Notes under the pieces: model-generated
Told to the model about the DNA's origin: nothing
Seen by the model: the letters and a program-made list of their open reading frames with translations, nothing else
Database searches by the model: none
Made by a program: the position numbers and the translations under genes
Shown here: positions 1-14,644 of the stretch, one piece after another
How the letters are laid out: the number at the start of each line of letters is the position of its first letter
How positions within the stretch are numbered: the first letter of the stretch is position 1
Assembly (NCBI GenBank): GCA_030295235.1
Contig: AP026149.1
Span: forward strand, 62,001-126,000
Direction of reading: 5' to 3'
Length of the DNA: 64,000 bases
Source: Fistulifera solaris
Lineage: Eukaryota

Positions 1-1166
1 ACCGTGCACAACAACGCTCGCCCAAGTTACCGGTTTACTACTTTCATCGGCGATCTTTTTTCGCCACGGCATCGGCGTGTTCTCTACTTACGATCTCGCC
101 GCATGCCTCCGCTAAGTAATCATCCTCCTGAATCACATCCGCGTTTCCCTCACTGTCCGAAACGTGTTCGGTTCGATTATTACCAACAATTGACATTCCA
201 ATAAAATTTCTTTGACGCACACACTTTTCAATAATTTGGAAGAAATCATCCATCATTATTGTTAGGACACAGCTATCCCTTTTTGGTACGGAACATGAAT
301 AAAAACAATGTTATTGAGCCAAGGAAACGCTTCCATTGCAGCAACAACCTATTTTCGAAGCGTTTCAACGAAGCTGGTCAAAATGTTGCTTTCTGCCACT
401 GGCGATGATGGCATGGCTGTTATGTTGGATTCACACGATTTTGTGATTTGGCCAGCGACTTCGTCGAAGAGAAAGGTAAGTCATCAACGAAGATTATCAA
501 CAAGAACTTTAGATTGTTAATAACATAACTGTACTATAATCATTGTTTTATTTACTTATCACTATTGTTGTTGTTCAATTCCGATAGCGACCCATCCGAC
601 AAACATCCGGCTCAAAGGAAAGCAAACGGCAAAACAATTGACCTTTAAGGGCATCCATCGACAGCCTCTGACAAAGCAGTCAACCCATCAGTCCGAAAGC
701 CTATAAAATGGCGAGCAAATGCATCAAGGAACTGAATCACAGTTGCACGACCGGTCAAACCAATCGCACAACGACGCCATGAAGCGATGGTAACTCTTAC
801 CGCGTCGGATGTCGCGATCAAATAGCCAAAGAACAAAGCAAATGCAAGGGAAGGAAATACAATCAAACGATAGCATTGAAAGATTTATAAAAACAATTGC
901 AAAACAAACATTATCCACAACGACCCCTGGGTGACAATTATGAGACGACCAAATGATGGAGCCGACGGAGAATCATGACGAAGATTGTTTTTGAATTTTA
1001 TGTTGTATACGTTCCGTTGTCCGCAATTGCGTAGGATAAGTAAGACGAAATAATAAATAATGAAGTTATGGAGGAATGATTGTTTTGCGGATCGGAATGT
1101 CAAATTGGCGCCAATTAATCAGTGGGGTTTGAATGCCGGATGGTACGATGGAAGCGATTCGGTTAG

Positions 1167-1254
1167 GACTGGAACATCGTCACCCAGCTTCCTTCGTACG
1201 TTGACGAACGACTGGAACATCGTCACCCAGCTTCCTTCGTACGTTGACGAACGA
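1167..1254. repeat. Perfect 43-bp tandem duplication (2 copies) just outside the transposon end
   Basis: GACTGGAACATCGTCACCCAGCTTCCTTCGTACGTTGACGAAC at 1167-1209 and 1210-1252, then a partial GA. Confidence 0.95.
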
Positions 1255-1267
1255 TGGATTGGGGGTA

Positions 1268-4200
1268 CAGCTGTTTGCTTCCGGTCACTAACCTGTGTAA
1301 AATTCGTAGAAAATGTACCTGATGGTACAAAATCTACGTGCCATTTTCGAGTAGGAGCTAAGTCTTCATGACGAAAGTCCATGATTTGACTGAAAAATCA
1401 TTTGTTTCAGAAAATAAATTTTATCATGCTGACACTAATCATTGTTGACAGCAATTTCTTGTAATCAATTCTTTTAAAACCTACCCTTTTTTTGAACAAA
1501 TGGTCTGTTTCATAATCACTCTCAGTCCCGAGTCAGTCACGCATCGTCACACAACCGGAAGACTCCTCCTTTTCGCGCAAAATCTCGCTCTTCTTGCAAC
1601 ATGCCCTCATTAACATTCTTGTTCAAGTTTCTGCATTTTTAGCAAATGTCATGATAAAGTAAGTTTGAATTACATGCAATTGGTACACCCTGTGAGCGCT
1701 GAATTTAGTCGGTTTCATCCTCTGTTTCGCTCTCTGACGGCAAATAATCAGGCAGCTCGAACTCGTCCGTATCGTCACTTTCGTCTTCATCATCGATTTC
1801 GTGTTCCGCAATGAGTGATAACCCCTTCTTTTTTGTTGATGTATTGTTTTTGTCAGTTGTTGTTTTTACGGCCATCTTAACAAAGCCTGCATCGAAGTCC
1901 AACGCACAGCGGTGTGTCTTGAATTTTTCATGACGCGTTCGATTTCAAAGTGCGAAATGGTGATTGTTTTCTTTCCTTTAAGCTTTCCTTGATCTCGTTT
2001 TGCTTTGTAGCGCTCTTGCACAAGTAAACGATTTATACCCAACTCTTCAAAGGGTATAGCACCATCATCGCTGTCGTTGCTGCCATCCAGTAAAGATGCG
2101 TTCTGCTCCACTTGTTCTTTCTCAAGACACAACGCCAAGTATGCCTGCATATAATACCTTGCGCGCCTGCTGAAAAGTCTCACCCGTTCCTTTGTTATTA
2201 GCTTTGTATCTAGCACATTGTGGAGGACCCTTTTGAACCCGGCTTTGCATTGTTTTTCTTGGAGAGAGGCTCTTCGATATTCATTCTTAGCAAGCTCAAG
2301 TGTACTCGATACCTTCCCCAGCAATTTCCGGCATGGTATTTTGGCGTTGTATAGACAGTAATGCCAAGTCGCTCGCCAATTGTCTCCAATTGTGTCTTTT
2401 CCCTAGCAAAATCGATGCACGATGCCATCAAATGCACCAAGGAGTATGTCTGATCGACTTCTCCATCTGTTCCAACTTTGCCAGTCACCGTATACTTTTT
2501 CAACTCTCGACAATCAATAAACCCTCGCTCCCACAAAATCTGGAGAAGACCTTTCGGTTGATTGAGCCATCCTTTGCGAGTGTTGAAGGTTGTTATTGTT
2601 GTGGCGATGTCACTTTTTTTGGGCCATGTTTTGCAATCGGGTCTTGTTTAACTTTGACAATTTCTGCTTTGTAAGAAACGGACTCTTTTCCACAAGCTTG
2701 TCTATCAGTTCCGTTTTGTTCAAATCCCTGGTTGTTTCTGTTTCCGGAATCACCGTATCGTTTTTGCAATTCTCTCTAAGATCTTTGTCAAGATAAAATG
2801 GTCCCTCATCCCCTTCCCGAAACACCATAGATTGAATCATTCCGACGTTAACCTTCCGCTCAAATGGCCCCAAAAACCCGTCTTCACTCAATATAAGAGT
2901 ATCATGCATTACTGGTTGCGATCCTCCGTACCCTTTCAGCATAAGCCCAGCATTCAAACCATCTGTGCGCTTCTTCGCATGACCCGACGAGTGATCAAAG
3001 AGAAACACGAAATGGAAGCCTTCGTTCCTGTACACATAATTGAGAACGTCAATGCAGTCCTCCATTTGGAGAACCATATGGTTATACGTCCAGTAACCTT
3101 CTTCGCCTCCAACGTCCAGCTGTATGATGAACGGCGACTGAGTTAGAACCGGCTTTAGGGTTGTTCGGGTAAATTTCGAGAGCGGCTTCTTCATCAGTGT
3201 ATGACTTTCCACTCACGCAAACAATTGATTTCAATCAAATCTTCAGCTGACAGCTCCGGCCCGCCAAACCCATCTTCTCTAGACTGGAAAGCGGATACCA
3301 TTATCGACATCCCATTAGACTTTGGTGAGATGACTCTCTTCCCATCCTTGCTTACCCACTGTTTCAAACACACAGCATATTGGGAGAATGAACTTTCATC
3401 CTGCCCGATAATCATAACTTTGGGTTTGTTCTTGTCGCGTCGCACGCTGAATGTACCCCCGTACTTTGGGTGCTTTTCCTGTGCTAACATGAAGATATAG
3501 TCGCAACAATCAACGTGAAATTCCACCCAATCAGCACTCTTCTTCTTGTAGCTGTAGCCAGTCAAGTCTTTCGGCAGTAATTCATTATCCTTCAAATAAT
3601 CGAGGCTCTTACTTATCTGGTACCAGCGGGGTGCCTGTGGCTCCCATTCGGTCAAATATTTGAGGCTGAATTGGTGGTCGGTGGATTTGTTGTGCTGGTT
3701 CTTCATGGCCGTCTCACGTAATAGGTTTTCTTGACAGTATTGTATGTAAATCCTAGCAATTTCATCCATCTATAAATTGTAGAAATGCACGGAGGGTTTT
3801 TCTCTATTTCATCTAGAATATTCCAATCAGGCGATGTTTCCCTGCTGCGAGATTCAATTGTGCTCGGCACTGGCCAAATTATATTATATGCACCAGAACT
3901 TACATCAGTCCAATACATTTGATAATGTGGATCTTCAGGATCCACTGGCGCGTATGAACATAACCGTCTATCTTTATTCGCGAAGCTTGCGCGAGTTTAC
4001 ACAGCAATCCGTTCTTTGAGTTAGATGTGACATACTCTTGCACCTTTTGAATGCTGAGATCTGCAAGGTTCTTTTCGCAAAACTGAATTATAAAGTCTTC
4101 AGCTTCAGGAAACACATCAAAAAGTTCCGGATTTCCCTTTACCTTAGCCTTGGGCTTCGGGAACCTGTCAAGAGAGCTTGAAACAACCTGTGCCATTCCA

Positions 4201-5353
4201 TCAAAGTGCTGGCCTTAGCAATCACCCCCACAGGATTCAACAAGTCAACAGCTAGTTGACAGCAGTCTCTCCATGATTTCTGTGGCATATTGTCAAGTGC
4301 AAAGATGTAGGCATAGCAGAGCAACTGGCATTTTGCTTTAGCCTGTGAATGGCAAACTCAGACATGGCGTGATCTTGATCGCATCCGTAAACCATGTACT
4401 TCCACCCTTCAGACTCAATAGAAACTTGACGAAGATGCCCAATGCGTCGCTGCATAACATCTTTACAGTCAATCGTTCCGTTGGCTTTATCCGCATCGGA
4501 GTAGAACAGTCTCTTTGCATTTGAACTATTCCAGTAATTAAGTTCCTTGGCAAGCTGGGCAGACTTGAATAGCTTCAAGTTCTTCATCTCGCACCACACC
4601 TACATCTTCCTCATCACCCACCATGTCATCCCTGTCAGATTTCTCTTCTCCATTGTCGACGCGGCGCCTTTGAGAGGGTTGACAATTGAGCTGGACTGTG
4701 CGACGCGAGTCGATCGCCGTTTGCGGCTTTCGAGGGCTTGTTTAATCACAGCAGGTGTAGGAATTGACGCATGAACTATTGATTTTGACACCATGTAAAA
4801 CCAAATGACACGCCGGTTGTTTGCGTTTTCTCCAAATGGGCACTTCATGTATTGACGAAACCGAAAAATGCCTTTTTCGTTGTCCATGTTATCACAATAA
4901 TCGAAAGTCTTTGGAATAGCTTTATTCAACAATGATCGTGTTAACTTTGTTGAACCAAGCTCTTTTCAAGTGTTGGGTGATGATCTCTCAGGATCTGAAA
5001 GAAATACTCATCACAGATCCATTTGTCTTGATAGTCAGCTAAGTCGTCACTGCAGACAAATTTGTGCCAACTTTCAGCGACTATTTTGAGAAGCCACATG
5101 TTGCGAGTCAGGCACGATATATATACCAATCGACGCTAAATAAAGAGAAGAACAATATATCTTGTGATCGTGCCTGACTAAAGCAGTCTGCATGTGTTAT
5201 CGGCAATGTAATGATAGGATCGGCGTTGTCTAAAACAACACGAAAATTGTCGCGATGGAAACGGGCGGAGGAGTTTTCGGACCGCGACTCAATTCCGTTG
5301 TGGTAGGATTCTACGAAGCCTACATGAAGTCTGGACCATTATGCAAACAGCTG
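1268..5353 (-). mobile_element. IS630/Tc1/mariner-superfamily DNA transposon, ~4.09 kb
   Basis: TA at 1266-1267 and 5354-5355. Imperfect ~55-bp TIRs both start CAGCTGTTTGC and share GGTC, TGTA, TTCGTAGAA and TACC blocks. Encloses a DDE transposase. Confidence 0.88.
1705..5129 (-). pseudogene. Large DDE transposase (~1100 aa reconstructed), broken by about 10 frameshifts (decay or assembly error)
   Basis: Consecutive minus-strand ORFs give IIGQDESSF (D1 ~3399), SIMVSAFQSRE, EGYWT, FLFDHSSGH (D2 ~2995), YGGSQPVMHDT, WERGF, DFAREKTQLE, and PKYHA joined across a frameshift to GEGIEY (E ~2306). Acidic tail. Confidence 0.85.
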
Positions 5354-5812
5354 TACGATATTTTGGTTAGGAACGGGCCTCAGGGTGTGCTGATTCAGAA
5401 ACTGGCTCGTAGTGGTCGCTCTGGAAGAATCATCTCGCTTTCCATAAACAATCGAATACCAGTGACAAGAAAGCCATCCAATTGCCAAAAACTAGTAGGT
5501 GGGACAGTCTGACGTCATTACAAGGTACCGGTACCGTTACGGTACTTCGTACCTGGTAAGACCTTTGTTCGTTTTAGTCACAGGCTGAATCTTCCGAAAT
5601 ACCTGGTACCGTAAGGCGGAAATTGAAGCATATTTCCGTTCGGACATTCGTGGTACGTTTACTTAGAGCATTTCGAATTTTTTCGATTGCCTTTAAATTT
5701 CGCGCCTAAATATGCTAGATTTATGGCAACTTTTTGATCTAGAGTCAATCGGCCTGCGATTTCAACGGAAGCGAAGTCCTTGTTTCAAATGGTTTTCAAC
5801 GGTATATGAAAC

Positions 5813-6418
5813 TATAGTTCTTCAAATACCGGTATCAGGAAATTCAATACCCCAATACCACGTAATACGGTATTGGACGGTATTGATACCGTATTGGGAT
5901 TGGCCCCCTGTCCGCCAATCCCCCCGAGGCGCCTTAGGCGCCGAGGCCCCATCTTGGTCTCCCTGAGCTCTGAAGGGGCCCGCCGGAGGCGCAGAAAAAT
6001 TGGTTAAAAGCACGTTTTAGCTTAAAAATCATAGGAAAAATGAAAATGAAAAGTTTGTTAATCCTATCAGAATTTGGTAATGATTAACTTTTGGAAGGAT
6101 GAACTTTTGCAATGAAAACTATGGGGAAGTGGGAAAAAGGCGAGGGAACGTAAAAGCGATCGATGTTCAGTTTGCGACGTCGCGATTTGCTTGGAGGGAA
6201 AATCAAAAACCTACACAACGGAAACTCAAGCCTCGCCTCGCCGCCCGCCCCAGCCCTCAGCCTCCCACCCACGCAACTCGGGATCCAGTCACACCTAATC
6301 GAGTCTTGTTTGCACCAACTTCAAATACCGGTATTGGATTTTTCAATACCTCAATACTGGTATTATACCGGTATTGTACCGTACGGTATTGCGGTATTCT
6401 AGAGCCCGTTGAACTATA
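5813..6418. mobile_element. Non-autonomous hAT-type element (606 bp) nested in the pogo element
   Basis: TIR TATAGTTC (5813-5820) / GAACTATA (6411-6418). Perfect 8-bp TSD TATGAAAC (5805-5812, 6419-6426). AATACC/GGTATT subterminal arrays at both ends. Confidence 0.85.
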
Positions 6419-6517
6419 TATGAAACATGTCAGACGCCCTTCTGGTTGGGAAGTTATGCCATTTTCCGTGTTAGACCCCTCATTGGTATTTCCCCCTCGC
6501 ACATCACGACGTACGAC

Positions 6518-7095
6518 ATGCCGAAAAAATTTGCCCTCACCAACGAGCAAAAGATAACTATTGCTCTGGAAGCAAAGTCCTACACCTTCACTCAAAAGAG
6601 ATTGCAAGTAAGTACAACATCGCGCAATCTCAAGTGTCTCGTTGGGTCACGCAGTTTGCAAAGCTTGGATGGAAACTTCCCGGTGCGCAAAAGAAAAAGA
6701 AGTACTTGCCCGGAGGTGGTCAAAAGAGCATCTATTCAATTGAAATTCAAGAAGAAACTGTTTCCTTCATTTCCAATCTTCGCTTCTACAACTATCCGGT
6801 TACGATCAGGCGAATTGTCATCCATTTGAGGAGCAAGGCGATGATTGACGGCAGTCTTCGTGACAAGGCAAATGCAAAGCGGATCCGTCACATCTTGAAG
6901 GAGAACGGACTTGTCAGACGCAAGAAGACCACTGCTGCGCAAATCACACGAGCTTCCATCTTCATGAAGAACTGCTTCGTTGACTACACTTTAACAACAT
7001 CGCCGACCTTCAGGGCTTCTCCACAACAATTGTGCAAATGGCACTATCTTCCGTTGGAATTCACCTTCAAGCCGACCATTTCCAGGGTGAAATAA
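6518..7095 (+). pseudogene. Truncated pogo transposase: N-terminal HTH/CENP-B-type DNA-binding region, DDE domain missing
   Basis: MPKKFALTNEQKITIALEA..., frameshift, then SRWVTQ...LPGGGQKSIY..IQEE..SFISNLR...VTIRRI...LKENGLVRRKKTTAAQ. Lies between the pogo TIRs. Confidence 0.78.
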
Positions 7096-7758
7096 GGTTC
7101 ATCTTCATTTTCTGCAACGTTTACTTCAGATTCTGTGGCAGAACGAAGGGAACCGCTGTCAGCGTCACTCATGTTTCAAGAATCGGCGTTTGTTTGTGTT
7201 TTTCGCGAAGGCTGTTGAGGTGTGTTTTTGTGAGAGGGTGTGAGAGGCGGAGGAAGAAAAGCTGCGCGCCAACCGCAAAAATAGTTTGTATACGTTTTGG
7301 TGTGCAAACGGCATTGTTTCAAAAAATTGCGCGAAATGGCGCGTACCGCTCCCCGTGTAAAAAATCACGCGATGGCAAAAAACCTCGAAGGAGCGTTCCC
7401 TAAGTGTTAGTGCCGGTTGATGTGGGGGTGTATGCTTCAATTTCCGCCCTACGGTACCGGTATTCGGTATATGTACCCGGTACCATACCAGGTAGTACCA
7501 GGTATCCCTGATCCCTGCCAATCATAAGCTGTCTCAAATTGACGTCATTCATCATTATTTCCAGAACGTTCCATTCCTCGCGCCACACGTCTGGTAGCCA
7601 TCATCAACGTCAGAAAAACAGCTAGGGAGACTTCGAAAGTCCTGGACATTGCAAATAGATTTTAGAAGGGTTGCAAAGGGAGTGAGACGTCTAGTAGCCC
7701 CTAATACTAGGAGTACTTGCAAATATGCGTGATTTAACCATTAAGTTCTTGACATACT

Positions 7759-10062
<2,304 letters not shown>

Positions 10063-10666
10063 ATTTCTTAAATCCTTCTTCTATTATTGACGTTTCAGAG
10101 TGCAGTAACAGCTAGTTCTTTTGACTTTTGAAAAACGTAAGGAGACTCTCTTGTTGTCAAGCAATTGCATTTCGGTCGTTGTCATCACATACGACCCGCA
10201 TGACGCGTTTGAGTCAGGAGAGGCCCGAAGAACGACAAGGAGTGTGTCACATTCCACTTTTTTCGCATATTGTTATGTATCATGGTACGACATGATGAGG
10301 GTTCATTCGGTTGTCGGAATGTCAAAATTCCTGATTCCAGTCTCAAAGCAGAAGCAAGTTGGTTGGGGAAGTGAAGCCGTGATACTAAACGTACTTCACA
10401 TCTGCCACGTCGACCGAGAAAGAAAGCGAGGGCAGTTGGGCGGTTGGTCTTTCGGTACAGGCCTACTCATAGTATGGAAGTTCTTCCTTTACGCGAAGAA
10501 CGTATTGTTGAGGGAAAGAAAGAAAAAAGTGCGCGACATTACCAAAATCATTTTTCCAGTGAAAAAGCCATCACATCACAAAGCTAACCATTCTCTCACA
10601 ATCTTTACTCGTCTCGCTACAAGTCGCTACAATCATCGGAAACTCTTTCAATAAGGAGCACTGCAA

Positions 10667-11707
10667 ATGCCGAATAATGAACTTTCTTTCGAGGCGGTCG
10701 AACAAATGCTCGACGAGTTAGCTTCACTGGCGTCGGACGACGACGACGATAATGATGATTCTGCCGAATCGTCTCTCGTATCTTCGTCGTCCTCCGCTAC
10801 GGCTTCATCATCGTATCTCTCGGTCACAGACAGTGATTCTTCTACTTTGGCATGGTCCAACCACCAACATTCTGACACGGATGTTGAGGAAGAACCCTCT
10901 CTACTACTCTCGGTGATACGACAGTACTGCTGCTGTCATTTTCTGCGATTACTAATGCAGCAATTTTCCTATACAACAGAAAATAATCCTCAACAAGAGC
11001 CGCTGCTACAGCCAGAAGAAAAAGGCGACGGTATGATGGAAGCTACGTCTTCTTCGCAATGCCCGACACTAGGATCACCGAAACGAAACGCGCCGAAACG
11101 ATCTTCTTCTGCCGAAGAACGTGTCTTGGCGTTGATTCATCAACGCGAATCGGCGACCACGGGGAATGGACCAAAACCGTGGGATACTTTCCAAGCTATT
11201 GTACAAAACAAAAGAAGTGTCACCACCTGTTCTGCGAAGGAATTGCCTTCCGACTATTGGGTACCATGGAATACGGATGGATATTCGCTCGAATTGACCA
11301 AGGCCGTTCGGCAGGGTAATTTATCGTTTGTGCAATTGTATGCAAGAAATTTGCAATGCAGCAATGCGTACGGAGAAAGTATCCTCCATGTTGCCGCCCG
11401 ACGAGGCGATTTGGTTTTGTTGCAATACTTGGTAGAGCAGCGTCACATTTCGATGCGGGTTTGTTGTGAAAGCGAACGAAATGTCTTACACGACGCCTGC
11501 TGGACGAGTCGTCCTTCCTTTGCGTGTATCACCTGGTTGATGGACCATGTTCCGGAATTATTACTAGTCCAAGATGCACGGGGACGTACGCCGTTGGAAT
11601 ATGCGCCTTCGGATACGTGGGACAAATGGAATGCCTATCTTAAGGAAAATCCGCATCTGGTGTTGTTAAGCACGGACCGCTTAGAAAAGCTACGGAGGGT
11701 TGAGTGA
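10667..11707 (+). CDS. Ankyrin-repeat protein with acidic/Ser-rich N-terminus
   Basis: GESILHVAARRG, RNVLHDACW, DARGRTPLEY. Confidence 0.88.
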   Translation: MPNNELSFEAVEQMLDELASLASDDDDDNDDSAESSLVSSSSSATASSSYLSVTDSDSSTLAWSNHQHSDTDVEEEPSLLLSVIRQYCCCHFLRLLMQQFSYTTENNPQQEPLLQPEEKGDGMMEATSSSQCPTLGSPKRNAPKRSSSAEERVLALIHQRESATTGNGPKPWDTFQAIVQNKRSVTTCSAKELPSDYWVPWNTDGYSLELTKAVRQGNLSFVQLYARNLQCSNAYGESILHVAARRGDLVLLQYLVEQRHISMRVCCESERNVLHDACWTSRPSFACITWLMDHVPELLLVQDARGRTPLEYAPSDTWDKWNAYLKENPHLVLLSTDRLEKLRRVE

Positions 11708-13551
11708 TTAAGAAGCAATGAGAGAGGACTTAGTAATAAGTCTTACAAACACGTTTTTGCTAGCATGAAATGGAAATTATATATTAATTAAAACGGCTGA
11801 TGTTCATTCTTTGATAGAGTCTATTTATTAATTTGAGTCTACGCTAATTCCCTAGACCAACTTTCGCCAGAAGCTGTCTTTAAAATGCGGAAGCTGCAAT
11901 ATATTTCTTTCGTTTTTTTTCGTTACCAGGTACGCATGTTATCAAGCCGGTAGGCTGTCATTCCATCGTAAGAAACATGAAACACTGTACAGCTTCGTGC
12001 AGCGTTAAGGCCTCGCCTGCTCTGATTTCAGTTCGTAACGGCATCCCGTCGGCCCGCACACTTTCGTTGTTTGCGAAGAAGGAGCGTGACAGCCCACGGC
12101 CGGAGGTTGCTTCCGTCCCGTCAAACGTGCTATTCCGGTCGCGATGCACGAGCACAAATCAATGATGAGTCAAAATACCATATTTCAAAGAATCGTGTTG
12201 ACTTTGAAATATTACGGAATGTTTATCTGTTTGTGAAGCGTTTTATGTACCGGTATGCAGCTGATATGAATGATGATTCCGTATTCGGTCGTGATCGCTG
12301 CAAGTTCTTGTGAAAGCACGTGGGATCATGTGTTACTTTTATCCGAAAGGCCTCCCCACTTCCGTGTCCCTCTAAACGACTCAGTCACGTTAATGACGCC
12401 ACATATCACCTCGCCACGCACACTTCCGCCTACTTCCAAAGAGACTGTTTTGACATTTATCGCTTTCGATTGGCTCGCTGTTCTCGTTTCGGGTGGATTG
12501 CTAAAACAGTTCAATAGCCCTTTGATAGTCGTGGACAACCTGTATCTAGTCATACACTCACTATGGCAACAAGGCTTCTCCCACTTTTCCCATGATCAAA
12601 ATAGCAATGGGAATCGCTCTACAACAAGTTCAGTGAGAAAATGTAAAATGTAATAGCGAAGTAAATTTTTAGTGACTAGAAAAGTACGTAAACGGATAAA
12701 GAATAGGATGTCTCGTGTCTCAATGTTCCTTCAAACTTCAACGTTCAACGTTCAAGGGCTCTAGTCGAGCGTAGAACACGTGACGAATTCATTCTTTTGC
12801 GGCGATAGATCTTCTCCGTCAACCAGTCAACTGTGAAATAACAACTGTCCGATACTAACCGTACGGCAAAGTTCAAACTCCGTTGTACTTTGTTACCCTC
12901 AGTCGTGTCTACTCTTCTCTTTACTCCTCACTAAAACAAGACCTGCAACGATCCGACACGAAACGACTTAACAAACACATATTTCATTCGTTCGGCTTCC
13001 CTAAGAATCAAGAATCATAGAGATTACTTTAAATTACTTCGAGATGAAGTCGTGAGAGTCCCGACTCCCGACGTAGCTGTATAAGAAAAAATAATCGTCA
13101 GAATCTAATCTTAAGTCCTACGGCTCCGGCTATTCGTTGTTCCGATTACCAATAGCCTATTGTTCTACTGGGATGATGCTTCTGGACATCCTGGGTCCAA
13201 GTGTTTTTTAAGAAACAAGTCGTTCACAGTTTATTTCGCCTCTTCCTTGTTTCGAAAAGAAAGTTGTCATGCGCCTGTGTATAGTACTTCAGTAGTCCGC
13301 GTTTGATGTTCTCGGCCAACTTCTTCCTTGATAGGACACGGCAACAAGATCCTGCACTGTTCTCAATCTGTTAGTTGGGTCGCCTTTCTTGGACGTTCAC
13401 AAATAATAATAATCCGATCCCTTCATTCATTCGTTGCAGCAGACACGATACAACGACACTCAAACAGCATTCCTCATATCTTTCATCGTATAGCATAGAA
13501 TAAGAATGGAAGGCGCACTGAAAAGAACGATTCGAATGAGGAGGATCAAAG

Positions 13552-14488
13552 ATGTCGGCTCCGCAAGAACAACAAGAAGATCCTTCCTTTTCTATCGCGG
13601 CTCCCGCCAAAAAGAAGAGAAAGAAAAGACAAAAACAAACCGAAACGGCCACTCAGTGCGTATAATCTCTTCTTCAAAGATGAGCGTCTGCGTTACCTCA
13701 AAGAGGAAGAAGAACATCCGCCGACATCGGGTCCGAAAGACAAGTTCTTGAATATGTCACGTGAAATTGGCCGCCGATGGATGAATCTTTCCAGTGAACG
13801 AAGAAAAGTATATGAAGCGTTAGCCGAAGAAGCCATGTTTCGCTATCGTGTCAGTATGGATGCCTATAAAGCCCGAAAACGACTTGAAGAAGATGCGGCG
13901 CATCAGCTATTGGCGCAACGGATTCCGACGGTTGCCGCCGCACGTACTGCGCTGCAACTACCCGATCGTGCCTTGGCCTCGGCGTCCGCCTTTCAGTCCT
14001 TGGAGCACAACAAGCCGGCGCTGGAATCCTTTCTGTTGGCAAATCACGCGAGTACACTTCCGACAGGTGCTCTGCCGATGCATATGATTCAATCGGCCGC
14101 CAGTCGCGAACTCGTTCATCGCAGTCAACAGGACTTTGCGGAAACGAATTTATTGAACTATCTATTACTGGAAAAACTGGCACAAAGTCGAGAACGGGCG
14201 GAAGATGCGACGACCATGCGATTAAATGCTTTAATGCAGGCACGAGCACCGAACGAGGAGCATCGAATGTTGCGACCCGATTCGCGGCGGTTATATGATA
14301 ACAGGATGCTTCCGACAGCACCCTCCATGGTTATGAATCAGAACCAAGCGCCAAATCACGATCTGAGAGAGCAGCGGAAACAAGAACTGCTCGAATTCGT
14401 GCGGCAACAGCAGAACCCTCAATGGATGGAGTTGTTGAACCCGGCGAATCCAACCAATCCCCATGCGAATTCTCAACGAAAACTTTGA
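13552..14488 (+). CDS. HMG-box transcription factor; one frameshift in the A-rich run near 13625
   Basis: KPKRPLSAYNLFFKDER...MSREIGRRWMNLSSERRKVYEALAEEAMFRY from 13637, in frame with ORF 13748-14488. Confidence 0.88.
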
Positions 14489-14644
14489 TGATCCCATTTC
14501 GCATAAATTATCGATCAGCAGCAAGCTGAAATAATACGTCCTCATAAATGAAACCAATCTACAAATTAGTCTAGGTCAAATGAAATTATAGTACAGGAAT
14601 GTATAAATATGCAATTATGTACTGAGCGTTAGTGTTTTTCAACT

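Larger units (their letters stand above)
5609..7454 (+). mobile_element. Non-autonomous pogo/Tigger-like element (internal deletion derivative)
   Basis: 24-bp TIRs CCGTAAGGCGGAAATTGAAGCATA (5609-5632) and TATGCTTCAATTTCCGCCCTACGG (7431-7454), 23/24 match. TA TSD at 5607-5608 and 7455-7456. Confidence 0.92.

Noticed and set aside
1167..1254. 43-bp repeat as a CRISPR array
   Set aside because: Two abutting copies, no spacers, no cas genes, eukaryotic context
1306..1339. Imperfect hairpin as a terminator or RNA gene
   Set aside because: Overlaps the transposon TIR; more likely a subterminal binding-site palindrome
5500..5527. Alternative transposon end at CATTACAAGG|TA
   Set aside because: No matching inverted copy found; the 1268/5353 pair fits far better
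1268..7454. Fanzor/TnpB cargo in the transposons
   Set aside because: No RuvC or zinc-finger motifs seen; the transposase fills nearly all of the larger element
11750..13500. Short ORFs in the long intergenic region
   Set aside because: No motifs or consistent frame; probably the upstream region of the HMG-box gene
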